This document shows, piece by piece, positions 23,469-32,532 of a stretch of DNA of 32,532 nt. This DNA comes from Octopus bimaculoides (Eukaryota), in assembly GCF_001194135.2 (NCBI RefSeq), contig NC_069003.1:15457090-15489621 (forward strand), in the 5' to 3' direction. Below the pieces are notes generated by a model, which made no database searches, had not been told where the DNA came from, and worked only from the letters and a program-made list of their open reading frames with translations. The first letter of the stretch is position 1, and each line of letters begins with the position of its first letter. Both the position numbers and the translations under genes were made by a program.

Positions 23469-23580
23469 AAGAAAGAGAGAGGGAAAGAGAGAGAGAAAGA
23501 GAGAGAGAAAGAGACAAACAGACAGACAGAGACTGATGTAGACAGACAGAGAGACAGTAACAGACAGACAGATAGATACA
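23385..23580. repeat. (GA)n / (GACA)n purine-rich microsatellite
   Basis: Read directly from the sequence. Confidence 0.95.
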
Positions 23581-23660
23581 GATGCAAATTAGTAGCCCAG
23601 AGACCTGAAGCAACAAGATTTGATGTGTATATAAACGGATTTGTACTAAAGATTGTTTGC

Positions 23661-23726
23661 CAAAATAACACGGCAGTCCTGATGAAGGGAAATAACCCAG
23701 AAATCGCGATACACAGATATTGTTTT
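23661..23726 (+). ncRNA. Minimal type I hammerhead motif, intact core, damaged stem I
   Basis: CTGATGA (23679-85), A-GGG-AAATAA-CCC-A, GAAA, palindrome ATCGCGAT, cleavage after A23711. Proximal stem I is CAGTC/CACAG (3 of 5 pairs), with distal pairing CAAAATAA/TTGTTTTG. Confidence 0.6.
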
Positions 23727-23989
23727 GAGCTGAGTGGGGGTGCTAGATTCCCTTGTTTGCAAATATAAGGACACAGATCGTGTCATATAGCCAGCTGGAG
23801 ACGATGTCTCCTGGGGCTAAATTACAGCAACATTAGTGCTAAACCAAGACTGCCATGCTATGTTGGCAAACAATCTTTACTACAAAGTACTGTTGCTGAA
23901 TATCTCACGTTGTGAGATTTAAAAATAGTAATTTTCTAATAAACGGATTTGCTACTTACTTCACTAAACTGTTTAAAGTGATGTAACCA

Positions 23990-24030
23990 CCTCCGACGAG
24001 ATCCCGATAAGGTTCGAAAATCGATTAAGG
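23990..24030 (+). ncRNA. Minimal type I hammerhead motif (U4C core variant)
   Basis: CCT | CCGACGA | GATCC-CGATAA-GGTTC | GAAA-ATCGAT-TA | AGG, with the stem III palindrome AATCGATT. Confidence 0.7.
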
Positions 24031-24444
24031 CGATGTCCAAATTTATTCCANNNNNNNNNNNNNNNNNNNNNNNNNNNNNNNNNNNNNNNNNNNNNNNNNN
24101 NNNNNNNNNNNNNNNNNNNNNNNNNNNNNNNNNNNNNNNNNNNNNNNNNNNNNNNNNNNNNNNNNNNNNNNNNNNNNNNNNNNNNNNNNNNNNNNNNNNN
24201 NNNNNNNNNNNNNNNNNNNNNNNNNNNNNNNNNNNNNNNNNNNNNNNNNNNNNNNNNNNNNNNNNNNNNNNNNNNNNNNNNNNNNNNNNNNNNNNNNNNN
24301 NNNNNNNNNNNNNNNNNNNNNNNNNNNNNNNNNNNNNNNNNNNNNNNNNNNNNNNNNNNNNNNNNNNNNNNNNNNNNNNNNNNNNNNNNNNNNNNNNNNN
24401 NNNNNNNNNNNNNNNNNNNNNNNNNNNNNNNNNNNNNNNNNNNN

Positions 24445-24623
24445 AGACTGCAGCCATGCTGGAACGCCACCTTGAAAATTTTTTAGCCGAATGAATCGAT
24501 TTCAGTACTTCTTTTTCTAAGCTTCGTACTTATTCTATCGCTAAGTTATGGGGATTTAAACACCAACACCGGTTGTCAAAAGGTGGTGGGGACAAACACA
24601 GACACAAAGACACACACACAAAT

Positions 24624-24662
<39 letters not shown>

Positions 24663-24863
24663 TATATATGACAGGCCTCTTTCAAGCTCCGTCTACCAAA
24701 TACACTCGCAAGGCTTTGATCGGCCCGAGACAATACGATAAGACACTTGCGCAAAGTGCAATGCAGTGGGACTGAATCCGGAATCACGTGATTAGGAATC
24801 ACGTGATTAGGAATCACGTGATTAGGAAGCAAGCTTTCTTACTGCACAGCCAAGCCTGCGCCT
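24445..24863 (-). mobile_element. SINE family A, near full length, with a triplicated 15-mer in the head
   Basis: Family A tail, body and head motifs; GAATCACGTGATTAG occurs three times at 24781-24825. Confidence 0.88.
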
Positions 24864-24896
24864 ACTTAAGTAAACTCAAAATTTATGTAAATTAGA

Positions 24897-24980
24897 AGTG
24901 ACAACCCCTGGTTCCGAAAAATCACTAACCATGAAAGGTTTTGGAACCGAGGGTTCCGGAAAATCAATGTTGTACCCGTA
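24897..24980. mobile_element. Possible degenerate pogo/Tigger-like MITE
   Basis: GGTTCCGAAAA/TTTTGGAACC inverted repeat plus a direct copy GGTTCCGGAAAATCA. The ends AGTGACAACC and GTTGTACCCGTA loosely resemble TA|CAGTACAACC termini. Confidence 0.3.
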
Positions 24981-25100
24981 TTATCGAAATATTTTTGTGC
25001 TTCTGGTCCCCAAACAATCGTGTTTCATAGAAACAGGTTTTGTATAACATAGATTCTCGTTTCTATGAAATCTTTAATTTTTTTGCTTTTTCACATGTAT

Positions 25101-25500
25101 AGGCGCAGACATTGTGGTGTGATTAAAAAGCTCGCTTTGCAACCCCGTGGCTTTGGGTTCCTTTCCTCTGCGTGCCACCTTGAGCAAGTGCCTTCTAATA
25201 CATCCCTGGTCCGACTAATGCCATGTGAATGGATTTGGTGTATGGTAACTGCGTAACAACCTATCGTATGTATGTGTGTATGTGCGTTTGTCTACCGCAC
25301 TCTGACGCTTGACAACCGGTGTTGGTTAATTTATTTCCTCGTAACCTATCGGTTTGACAAAAGACACACATGTGCACACACACATACAGAGATTTTTAAA
25401 ATAAATTCCTGGGATCATTCCTTTTTTCACCTAAAATCCGTCAAGGCGGTACTCCAGCTCGGCTACAACTCAATGATTGAAACAAGTTAGAAATAAAAGA
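25101..25500 (+). mobile_element. SINE family A, diverged full-length copy
   Basis: Head AGGCGCAG...GTGGTGTG...GGGTTCC, CCACCTTGAGCAAGTGCCTTC CORE-like block, and tail GATTGAAACAAGTTAGAAATAAAAGA. Confidence 0.82.
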
Positions 25501-26698
25501 TGCATTATATTTCTATAGAAATCGACTGTGACTTTTTTTGTTTTCTATTTTGTTCTCACTGAAAATAATACTTCTATTTTGCCTGTATTCATATATTTGC
25601 CTTTCTTCTCACTCTATGTTTGCTTTCCATAATGTTAGGTTTAGATATAACACTAAACAAGATATTTTCAGAATCATCCCACTTTCCTCTGTGATTACTA
25701 TGGCAGTTACAGGCATTATTTCATTTAATCTTGCTAATAAAAATGTTTGCATCTCTTTCAATATGATTATATTGTGCAAGTCTACATTATTTTCTAATCG
25801 TTGAGATTAATATATATATCGTTTATACACAGGATGCCACAATGATTTTTATGCATTGAATGTTCATGTCCAATACAAGTATCTGCTTGGTGTCTAGAAG
25901 GAATAAGACCACCAAAACTGCAATATCACAGGAGTTCCTAAAAGCATACGTACCGTATCATACGTCTCTAAATAGAGATGCGTTCGGATCTCAGAGGGTT
26001 CCGTTCAAAAATTATATTGCAGGCTCCACCAAATGCTGGTGCAACCAGCTGCTGACAAACAACTGGAAATGCCGTTCGTTATAAACAATAGACAGATTTG
26101 CTACAGAAATTGACATGAAATTCTGTTTGAAAAATGCTTTATGGCATCTTTCAAGAGGAACATTAATAACAGACAGTTATATGATAGCGAAGTGATTAAT
26201 GTTAAACAGTAATCGAGATAAGAAAATTAAACCAAATGTAGACTTACAAATAGTTAGGAATTAATAACGTAGACGTCAAACAACATATAAATAACACAAA
26301 GATTACCAAGGAATATCATAGAAATATAATATATATTTAATATAATATCTCCGTACAAAAGAACAGGGCAACTGGAGTTAATCTTCTGAATATTCCAGTA
26401 ATTAATAAGCAATATTAGACGAAGAGATGGCTTAGTGCTTAATATATTCACTTCGAAATTATGTCGTTCATTTTCCATTCTCTTGCTTGACATCTTGCAT
26501 ATTAAGGGTCTTTAGCGCAGCTTCAGGTTGACCTGACCTCTGACTGTGTTGAGAACATATCGGGTCGAAGTAATGTGTTAGACGATTCCCTGGTGTTCTG
26601 AGTAAATTAATTTAAGTCTGGCAGCGGTAGTTCTTGCCTATATCAGTTCCATAACAAAACAAAAGCATTTAAAATTTAGTATCAAAAATATGAAATAT

Positions 26699-26744
26699 TC
26701 GTAACTGAGGGGACGAAATTAGGCCGAAACTAATTGTCTGGCGA
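26699..26744 (+). ncRNA. Hammerhead ribozyme relic
   Basis: TCGTAA | CTGAGGG (A9G) | GAC-GAAATTAG-GCC | GAAAC-TAATT-GTC | TGGCGA, with a canonical GUC site; stem I has 5 of 6 pairs including one G-U. Confidence 0.5.
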
Positions 26745-26955
26745 TCCATGGCGTTAACACACAAGTCTCTTTCAGATTTCGCGGAGACAAAATATTACAG
26801 CGAGCGACATTCCATATTTTGATACACATTATAAATTTTGGACACACTAGTTTTGTATTCTGAGACCTCAAATGCGAATAATTTAATACTCGCACGCGCG
26901 CACACACACGCAAACACGCACACACGCACGCATACGCACGCACGCAAATATGTGA

Positions 26956-27195
26956 AGGAGTGTGGCCTAGTGGTTAGGATGTTGCACTCAGAATTGCAAG
27001 ATCGCTGTTTCCATTCCCAGACGGGCGGTGCATTGTGATTTTGAACAAAACACTTCATTTCACATGCCCACCTCGGCTGTAACTGGGTAACGCTGCGACG
27101 GATTGGCAATTTTGCTCACAGGGTATGTCGGCTTGTCCACCTAGACAGCGGAGTGGCATCATTCGAAAATGACAACAATATGAGGAAATACGTCC
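26956..27195 (+). mobile_element. SINE family C (tRNA head plus CORE-like domain)
   Basis: A-box GTGGCCTAGTGGTTAGG, a degenerate B-box, and TTGTGATTTTGAACAAAACACTTCATTTCAC. Confidence 0.8.
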
Positions 27196-27375
27196 AATAT
27201 ACAATATAGTGTATATATACAAACATATATATGTACATATATACATACACACACATATATNNNNNNNNNNNNNNNNNNNNNNNNNNNNNNNNNNNNNNNN
27301 ATGTATGTATGTATATATGTACATATATATGTTTGTATATGTATGTATGTAAATATATATATATAACTGTATGTA

Positions 27376-27408
<33 letters not shown>

Positions 27409-27469
27409 TGCAGCCACGATATATTTGGATACTTCATACACGCTAAACTGCAACATCGTTATGAAATAC

Positions 27470-27830
27470 CTAGAGAAAAGCGATGTTGCAGGTATTCACC
27501 ACAAAACATATCGCAGAATAACAATATAACCATTCTCTTGGGCATGCCAATTCCTATAGAACGACAGATTTTAGGAGAATGGAGCAGATATCATTCACAG
27601 AGACAATCGGAGAAAGAAATTTCTCCTAATCGATATATCAATTGAAAATGAGGATAATATATTTTTAAATGAAATTCTAAAACTCTATAAATATAAATAT
27701 CTGCAAATAGAGATAACCAGAATAAGAGGAAGCAGAGATAATCAGAAAAAATAATAAACACCTTGGGAATGATTAAGAAAATACGCAGACGAACGTCACC
27801 AAATCATTAGGTTGAACACACATACACAGC
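27470..27830 (+). pseudogene. Second R4/Dong-like RLE domain relic
   Basis: ITILLGMPIPIERQI (compare TILWD.PI.TDR.I) and FLLIDISIENEDNIFLNEILKLYKYKYLQIEITRI (compare LID.SIP.D.N...KE.EK..KY.DL.IEI.R). Confidence 0.75.
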
Positions 27831-27856
27831 ATAGAGAACAGCGCTCCAAAATATAT

Positions 27857-28030
27857 GGGTGGAAAGGGGGGTGCTTGCCTGCCGAGTTTGGCTTCAAGTC
27901 GTACTCTGAGCAAAACCTTTGGAAACATGGCAATTACATGAATGAAGAGACGAGCAAACTAGAACAATATAGGGGTTGCTGAGAAAGCAATTAGATGGCT
28001 TTGGCTGAAAAGAGCTGGTTCGTGGGGCTC
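27857..28030 (+). pseudogene. HERO-like RLE non-LTR retrotransposon C-terminus
   Basis: GWKGGCLPAEFGFKSY (compare GWK..C.PVEVGCRGF) and, after a frameshift, AEKAIRWLWLKRAGSW (compare AE.AS.WLWLKR...W). Confidence 0.65.
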
Positions 28031-28131
28031 AGTAGAATACCACTTGTACAAAGGCCTAATGTTATTTAACTTAGGTCGCTTCCCCTAGATGTGGGCTTAT
28101 ATTGTAAGAGACGATAGACCCATATATATAT

Positions 28132-28178
<47 letters not shown>

Positions 28179-28183
28179 CATAT

Positions 28184-28330
28184 AGGCGCAGAAGTGGCTG
28201 TGTGGTAAGTAGCTTGCAAACCAACCACATGGTTCTGTGTTCAATCCTACTACATGGTACCTTCGCCAAGTGTCTTCTATTATAGCCTCGGGCTGACCAA
28301 AACCTTGTGAATGGATTTGAGAAACGGAAA
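28184..28330 (+). mobile_element. SINE family A, head only
   Basis: AGGCGCAGAAGTGGCTGTGTGGTAAGTAGCTTGC...GTGTTCAATCCTAC...CAAGTGTCTTCTATTATAGCCTCGGG. Confidence 0.88.
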
Positions 28331-28343
28331 TTATATATATATA

Positions 28344-28723
28344 TATTCTTTTATTCTTTACTTGTTTCAGTCATTTCACTGTGGCCATGCTGGAGCACGG
28401 CCTTTAGTCGACCCAGGACTTATTCTTTGTAAGCCTAGTACTTATTCTATCGGTTCTTTTGCCGAACCGCTAAGTTACGGGGACCTAAACACACCAGCAT
28501 CTGCTGTCAAGCGACTTTGGGGGGACAAACACAGATACACAACATATACACACACATACATATATATATATACATATATACGACGGGTTTCTTTCAGTTT
28601 CCGTCTACCAAATACACTCACACGGCTTTGGTCGGCCCGAGGCTATAGAAGACACTTGCCCAAGTTGCCACGTTGTGGGACAGAACCCGGAACCATGTGG
28701 CTGGTAGGCAAGCTACTTACCAC
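28344..28723 (-). mobile_element. SINE family A, near full length, relatively young
   Basis: Well-preserved tail TATTCTTTTATTCTTTTACTTGTTTCAGTCATT, body, and head CCGGAACCATGTGG...AAGCTACTTACCAC. Confidence 0.9.
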
Positions 28724-29431
28724 TGGATACTCATGTCGATGTGGACGTGTGAAGGTTTTAAACCATTTTTGGGGGTTTTGCTTTAGCTCTCATCTCTTTG
28801 TCACTTTTGTCACTATGACAACGATTTACAGACAACTCCACAGGTTTGCCGTAAGAAAGGATTGTTATACCAAGTTGCCTGTCATGTTAGAGTCTTTGAC
28901 GTTGCTCTCAGTTCTTTAAGATGATCCAGAAGGCACAATCGGTAATCGTGTATTCTTAATTACTCATCGTTCTTTTGTTACATACATACATACATACATA
29001 CATACATGCATACATAATACATGCATGCATATCTTTCTATCTATCTGTCTATCTATCTATCTATGGCCGGAGCCACATGGCGAAAATGAATAAAAGAATA
29101 AAAGAACGCGTGTGTGTGTGTGTGTGTGTGCATACGCACATACATATATACATACATATATTTGCCTATGGTGCTATGCAATGGGACTGAAACCGGAATC
29201 ATGTAGTTGGGAAGCAAACTTCTTTATTTCATTAGATTGACTATAATAGCCTTATATATAGAAAGAAGAAAGCTGCGGGCTGGATACAGATATAATGTTA
29301 TATGAGATGAAAAAGTGAAAATGATGATTAATGGGGGAAACAGACAACGCCCGCCGCTTGTTTCCCGAAAACATTGTTCTCTTATTTATCATACATGAAA
29401 CAATAAACCTCTTACAATTGTTCATAATTGC

Positions 29432-30797
29432 TCATTTAAAACATAAAAATGAGGCACTACGCCTCGTACCTTGGTTAAAAATATAATGAGGTTTCAAACC
29501 TCTTCTCAGTTCACAATATTGAGGCTTTCCAACCTCTTTCCCATAGTCCTCTTCAAATTCAGTATCGCTTGTGACCTCGTACCTCGCCATTTTCCACGCC
29601 TCACAAAAGAGAGTGACATATCGGGGCCGCCCGGCCACAAGCGATGTTCATCATTGAACTTATTCAGCCTTTGCAGCACGGGAAACACTATGACCTCCAC
29701 AGCTATCTGCGGAGGCCATTCGGGATCCCGTGTTCAGGTCAGAATTGCTCATTCATGGTGCTTCTCCAACACCTTCTACATCTCTCCGCCCATGTAGAAG
29801 AAAATAAGTAACTCCTCTCCTTTAGGGGGCGTGGTAGTCACTTCCACCGTCGGTGGCACAATTCTCACCGACGATGGCTCTTCACCCGTCGGTGGCACAA
29901 TTCCCAGTGACGAAGTTCCGGGACATTCCGGGATTGTGTTACCAAATGCTGGCAATATCTCGTTTCTCTTATTCTTCCTCTTTTTTTTTCCTCTTAACTA
30001 AGGAAGGGTGGGTTTCCTCCGTGACCGGGAGATCCGCCTCCCCTCTCTCATCCCTAGGATCCTTCGGTGAACACCCATTGTTGTTCACCTTTTTTTTCTT
30101 GCGGCCCTTCTTTGAGGAGTCCTCCGCCTCCTCGATCGCCTCCGTTCCCTCTTCTACAGAGGTCTCAACAAACTGCTCCAGGACCTTGCTTTGGTCCTGC
30201 AGGCAGTTCTTTTTCATATGGCCAGATTCCAGACCCCGGTGCCACATGGGGGGAGGTGACCATCAAGAATCACCGGGTACCTGCATCCAGCCATAGTTAA
30301 AAAGTCTGGAAAGACTAAATCTTTTACTGATTGGGTTCACACGGTCAAAATAACTTTTGACCCGACCCAATCAGCCACTGGTAACAATTTAACATTAAGG
30401 AGCTTGGTGCCACTGCCACCCAACCCCCGGCGGATAGTGTCCTCTATCCAGCCTCATTTTAAATTCGGTGACAACCCGCAAACACAAGCCCGCGTCAGTT
30501 TCCTCCCACAATACGTGGGAAGAAACAAAATTTTATTGTCCTCGAGGGGCTGGCTCGCAAAAATGCGAGCCTCCTCCGGGGTGTCAAATAGCAACCAAAT
30601 CGTTGCATACCAGACACCCCGGGCAATAAACTTCACAGTTGGTAGATAGTCCTTCAATTCTTCTACTATTACTTCTTTGGAGAAATCGTCGATGGCTTCG
30701 AGACCCTTCGAATATGTTCTCAACACCACCGTCTTCTCCTCTTGTTGTTTAGGCTACTCTTTGTGTGGGATAATCTCCCACTCCAAGACATACTTTT
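29432..30797 (-). pseudogene. Decayed gag/ORF1-like coding region of a non-LTR retrotransposon (Tx1/L1-like)
   Basis: Minus-strand ORF pieces join across stops and frameshifts: KYVLEWEII...*...VVLRTYSKGLEAIDDF...TRACVCGLSPNLK*GWIEDTI...; YPVILDGHLPP(C)WHRGLESGHMKKNC (degenerate CCHC knuckle); an acidic and Lys-rich linker; and ...WPGGPDMSLSFVRRGKWRGTRSQAILNLKR. The putative 5' region at 31375-31550 lies beyond the gap. Confidence 0.6.
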
Positions 30798-31560
30798 NNN
30801 NNNNNNNNNNNNNNNNNNNNNNNNNNNNNNNNNNNNNNNNNNNNNNNNNNNNNNNNNNNNNNNNNNNNNNNNNNNNNNNNNNNNNNNNNNNNNNNNNNNN
30901 NNNNNNNNNNNNNNNNNNNNNNNNNNNNNNNNNNNNNNNNNNNNNNNNNNNNNNNNNNNNNNNNNNNNNNNNNNNNNNNNNNNNNNNNNNNNNNNNNNNN
31001 NNNNNNNNNNNNNNNNNNNNNNNNNNNNNNNNNNNNNNNNNNNNNNNNNNNNNNNNNNNNNNNNNNNNNNNNNNNNNNNNNNNNNNNNNNNNNNNNNNNN
31101 NNNNNNNNNNNNNNNNNNNNNNNNNNNNNNNNNNNNNNNNNNNNNNNNNNNNNNNNNNNNNNNNNNNNNNNNNNNNNNNNNNNNNNNNNNNNNNNNNNNN
31201 NNNNNNNNNNNNNNNNNNNNNNNNNNNNNNNNNNNNNNNNNNNNNNNNNNNNNNNNNNNNNNNNNNNNNNNNNNNNNNNNNNNNNNNNNNNNNNNNNNNN
31301 NNNNNNNNNNNNNNNNNNNNNNNNNNNNNNNNNNNNNNNNNNNNNNNNNNNNNNNNNNNNNNNNNNNNNNNNNNGTGAGGATTTCTTGTTTGTACAAAAA
31401 ATAATACAGCAAACAACAAACCCCCACTGGACTCAAAAGACAAAAGTCTTACCTTACAACTGAGCTTCTTTTTCAATCAATATTTCGCCAGCTGTACACC
31501 AGCGTGGTGACTTCTGCTGTGTAAGAACAGCACTGACACAACCGGAAGCGGAAGCAAGCT

Positions 31561-31794
31561 TCTTATTTCTTTATTGCCCACAAGGGGCTAAACATAGAGG
31601 GGACAAACAAGGACAGACAAAGGGATTAAGTCGATTAGATTGACCCCAGTGCGTAACTGGTACTTAATTTATCGACCCCGAAAGGATGAAAGGCAAAGTC
31701 GACCTCGGCGGAATTTGAACTCAGAACGTAACGGCAGATGAAATACCGCTAAGTATTTCGCCCGGCGTGCTAACGTTTCTGCCAGCTCACCGCC
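31561..31794 (-). mobile_element. SINE family B, complete young copy, type-1 tail
   Basis: The reverse complement runs from GGCGGTGAGCTGGCAGAAACGTTAGCACGCCGGGCGAAA through GAGTTCAAATTCC to GCCCCTTGTGGGCAATAAAGAAATAAGA. Confidence 0.93.
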
Positions 31795-31800
31795 TTTTTT

Positions 31801-31917
31801 CTGGAGCAGCGTGAAATGGAGTGTTTTGCTCAAGAACACAACGCATCGCCCAGTCCAGGAATCGAAACCACAATCTTACGATCATGGTGCTGACATCCTA
31901 ATCGCTAGGCCACGCGC
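31801..31917 (-). mobile_element. SINE family C head fused upstream of the SINE B copy
   Basis: The reverse complement reads GCGCGTGGCCTAGCGATTAGG...GGTTTCGATTCCTGG...TTGTGTTCTTGAGCAAAACACTCCATTTCACGCTGCTCCAG. Confidence 0.85.
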
Positions 31918-32110
31918 AAGCTTCTTACCACACAGCCACTCCTGCGCCTGTGCAGCAAGCTTCTTATTACTCAACCATTCCTGCACCTGTATGGCAAGCT
32001 TCTTAGCACACAGCCACCTCTGTGCCTATATAGCCACTTCTGCACCTATATAGGCCACTCCTGCGCCTATATAGCCAATCCTGCACCTATATGGCCACTC
32101 CTGCCACTAT
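31918..32110 (-). repeat. Minisatellite built from the 5' end (A-box region) of SINE family A
   Basis: 39-bp units start at 31918 and 31957, with a slightly shorter third at 31996, followed by four 19-21-bp units. The reverse complement matches AGGCGCAGGAGTGGCTGTGTGGTAAGAAGCTT. Confidence 0.88.
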
Positions 32111-32532
32111 GTATGCGTGAAAAAAAATAACATAACGATAAGTTTTCGCAGAAAAAGTTATAGATGGATAATAAAAGTGAAACGGACAAATAAGAAGTCA
32201 CGTGTTGTTTCGAGTCTTTAGAAAAACGTTTTAGTATCATTCTATGCAATTTTATTGAAGGTCCGTCCAAAGATGTGGCCTGAAATGTATGTAGATTAAT
32301 ATAGTCTTTGAGACAAAAGCATGTGAGACAACCATTATACGGTTGACGTCATTCCGACTTCAGGTTTAAGTTCGGAATGATAATGACAGGTGTTTAAGTA
32401 GGTCAAAATGTATTTTTCCAACTCAAGATTATGTGTCTGTGGATGTGGGTGTATATATCATATATATAATTCTATGAGTGTATATATACATATATGTATA
32501 TAATTTTATGAGTGTGTATATACATACATATA

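Noticed and set aside
23904-23930. ATCTCAC-GTT-GTGAGAT hairpin followed by ATAGT as a Helitron 3' end
   Set aside because: The stem is AT-rich and 7 bp, there is no CTRR terminus, and no matching 5' TC end was identified.
28184-28270. tRNA genes at SINE heads (also 26956, 31801-31917)
   Set aside because: A/B boxes are present, but there is no complete cloverleaf or terminator and each continues into a repeated SINE body.
31918-32110. CRISPR-like repeat array
   Set aside because: The units are contiguous with no unique spacers, derive from a SINE head, and sit in a eukaryotic context with no cas genes.

Overview
This is a repeat-dense, AT-rich eukaryotic window with about 4.2 kb of N gaps and no host protein-coding exon that I can support. 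The tRNA-derived SINE families and microsatellite load suggest an octopus (coleoid cephalopod) genome; this is an inference. It contains about 20 copies or fragments of three tRNA-head SINE families (called A, B and C here) and four Penelope-like element (PLE) GIY-YIG endonuclease fragments of two types. It also holds three RLE-clade non-LTR retrotransposon relics (two R4/Dong-like, one HERO-like), a decayed gag/ORF1-like coding region, two mariner-type MITEs and many microsatellites. The most notable unannotated signal is six dispersed minimal type I hammerhead ribozyme folds plus one half-site, each with a different palindromic or near-palindromic stem III. Two share a CCGANGA core variant and one has a U3-A8 variant. 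Other structural oddities are a 214-bp target duplication around a SINE, a chimeric SINE flanked by a 12-bp direct repeat, a SINE-head minisatellite, a triplicated E-box palindrome and three inverted SINE pairs. All family assignments come from motif recognition by eye, not database searches.
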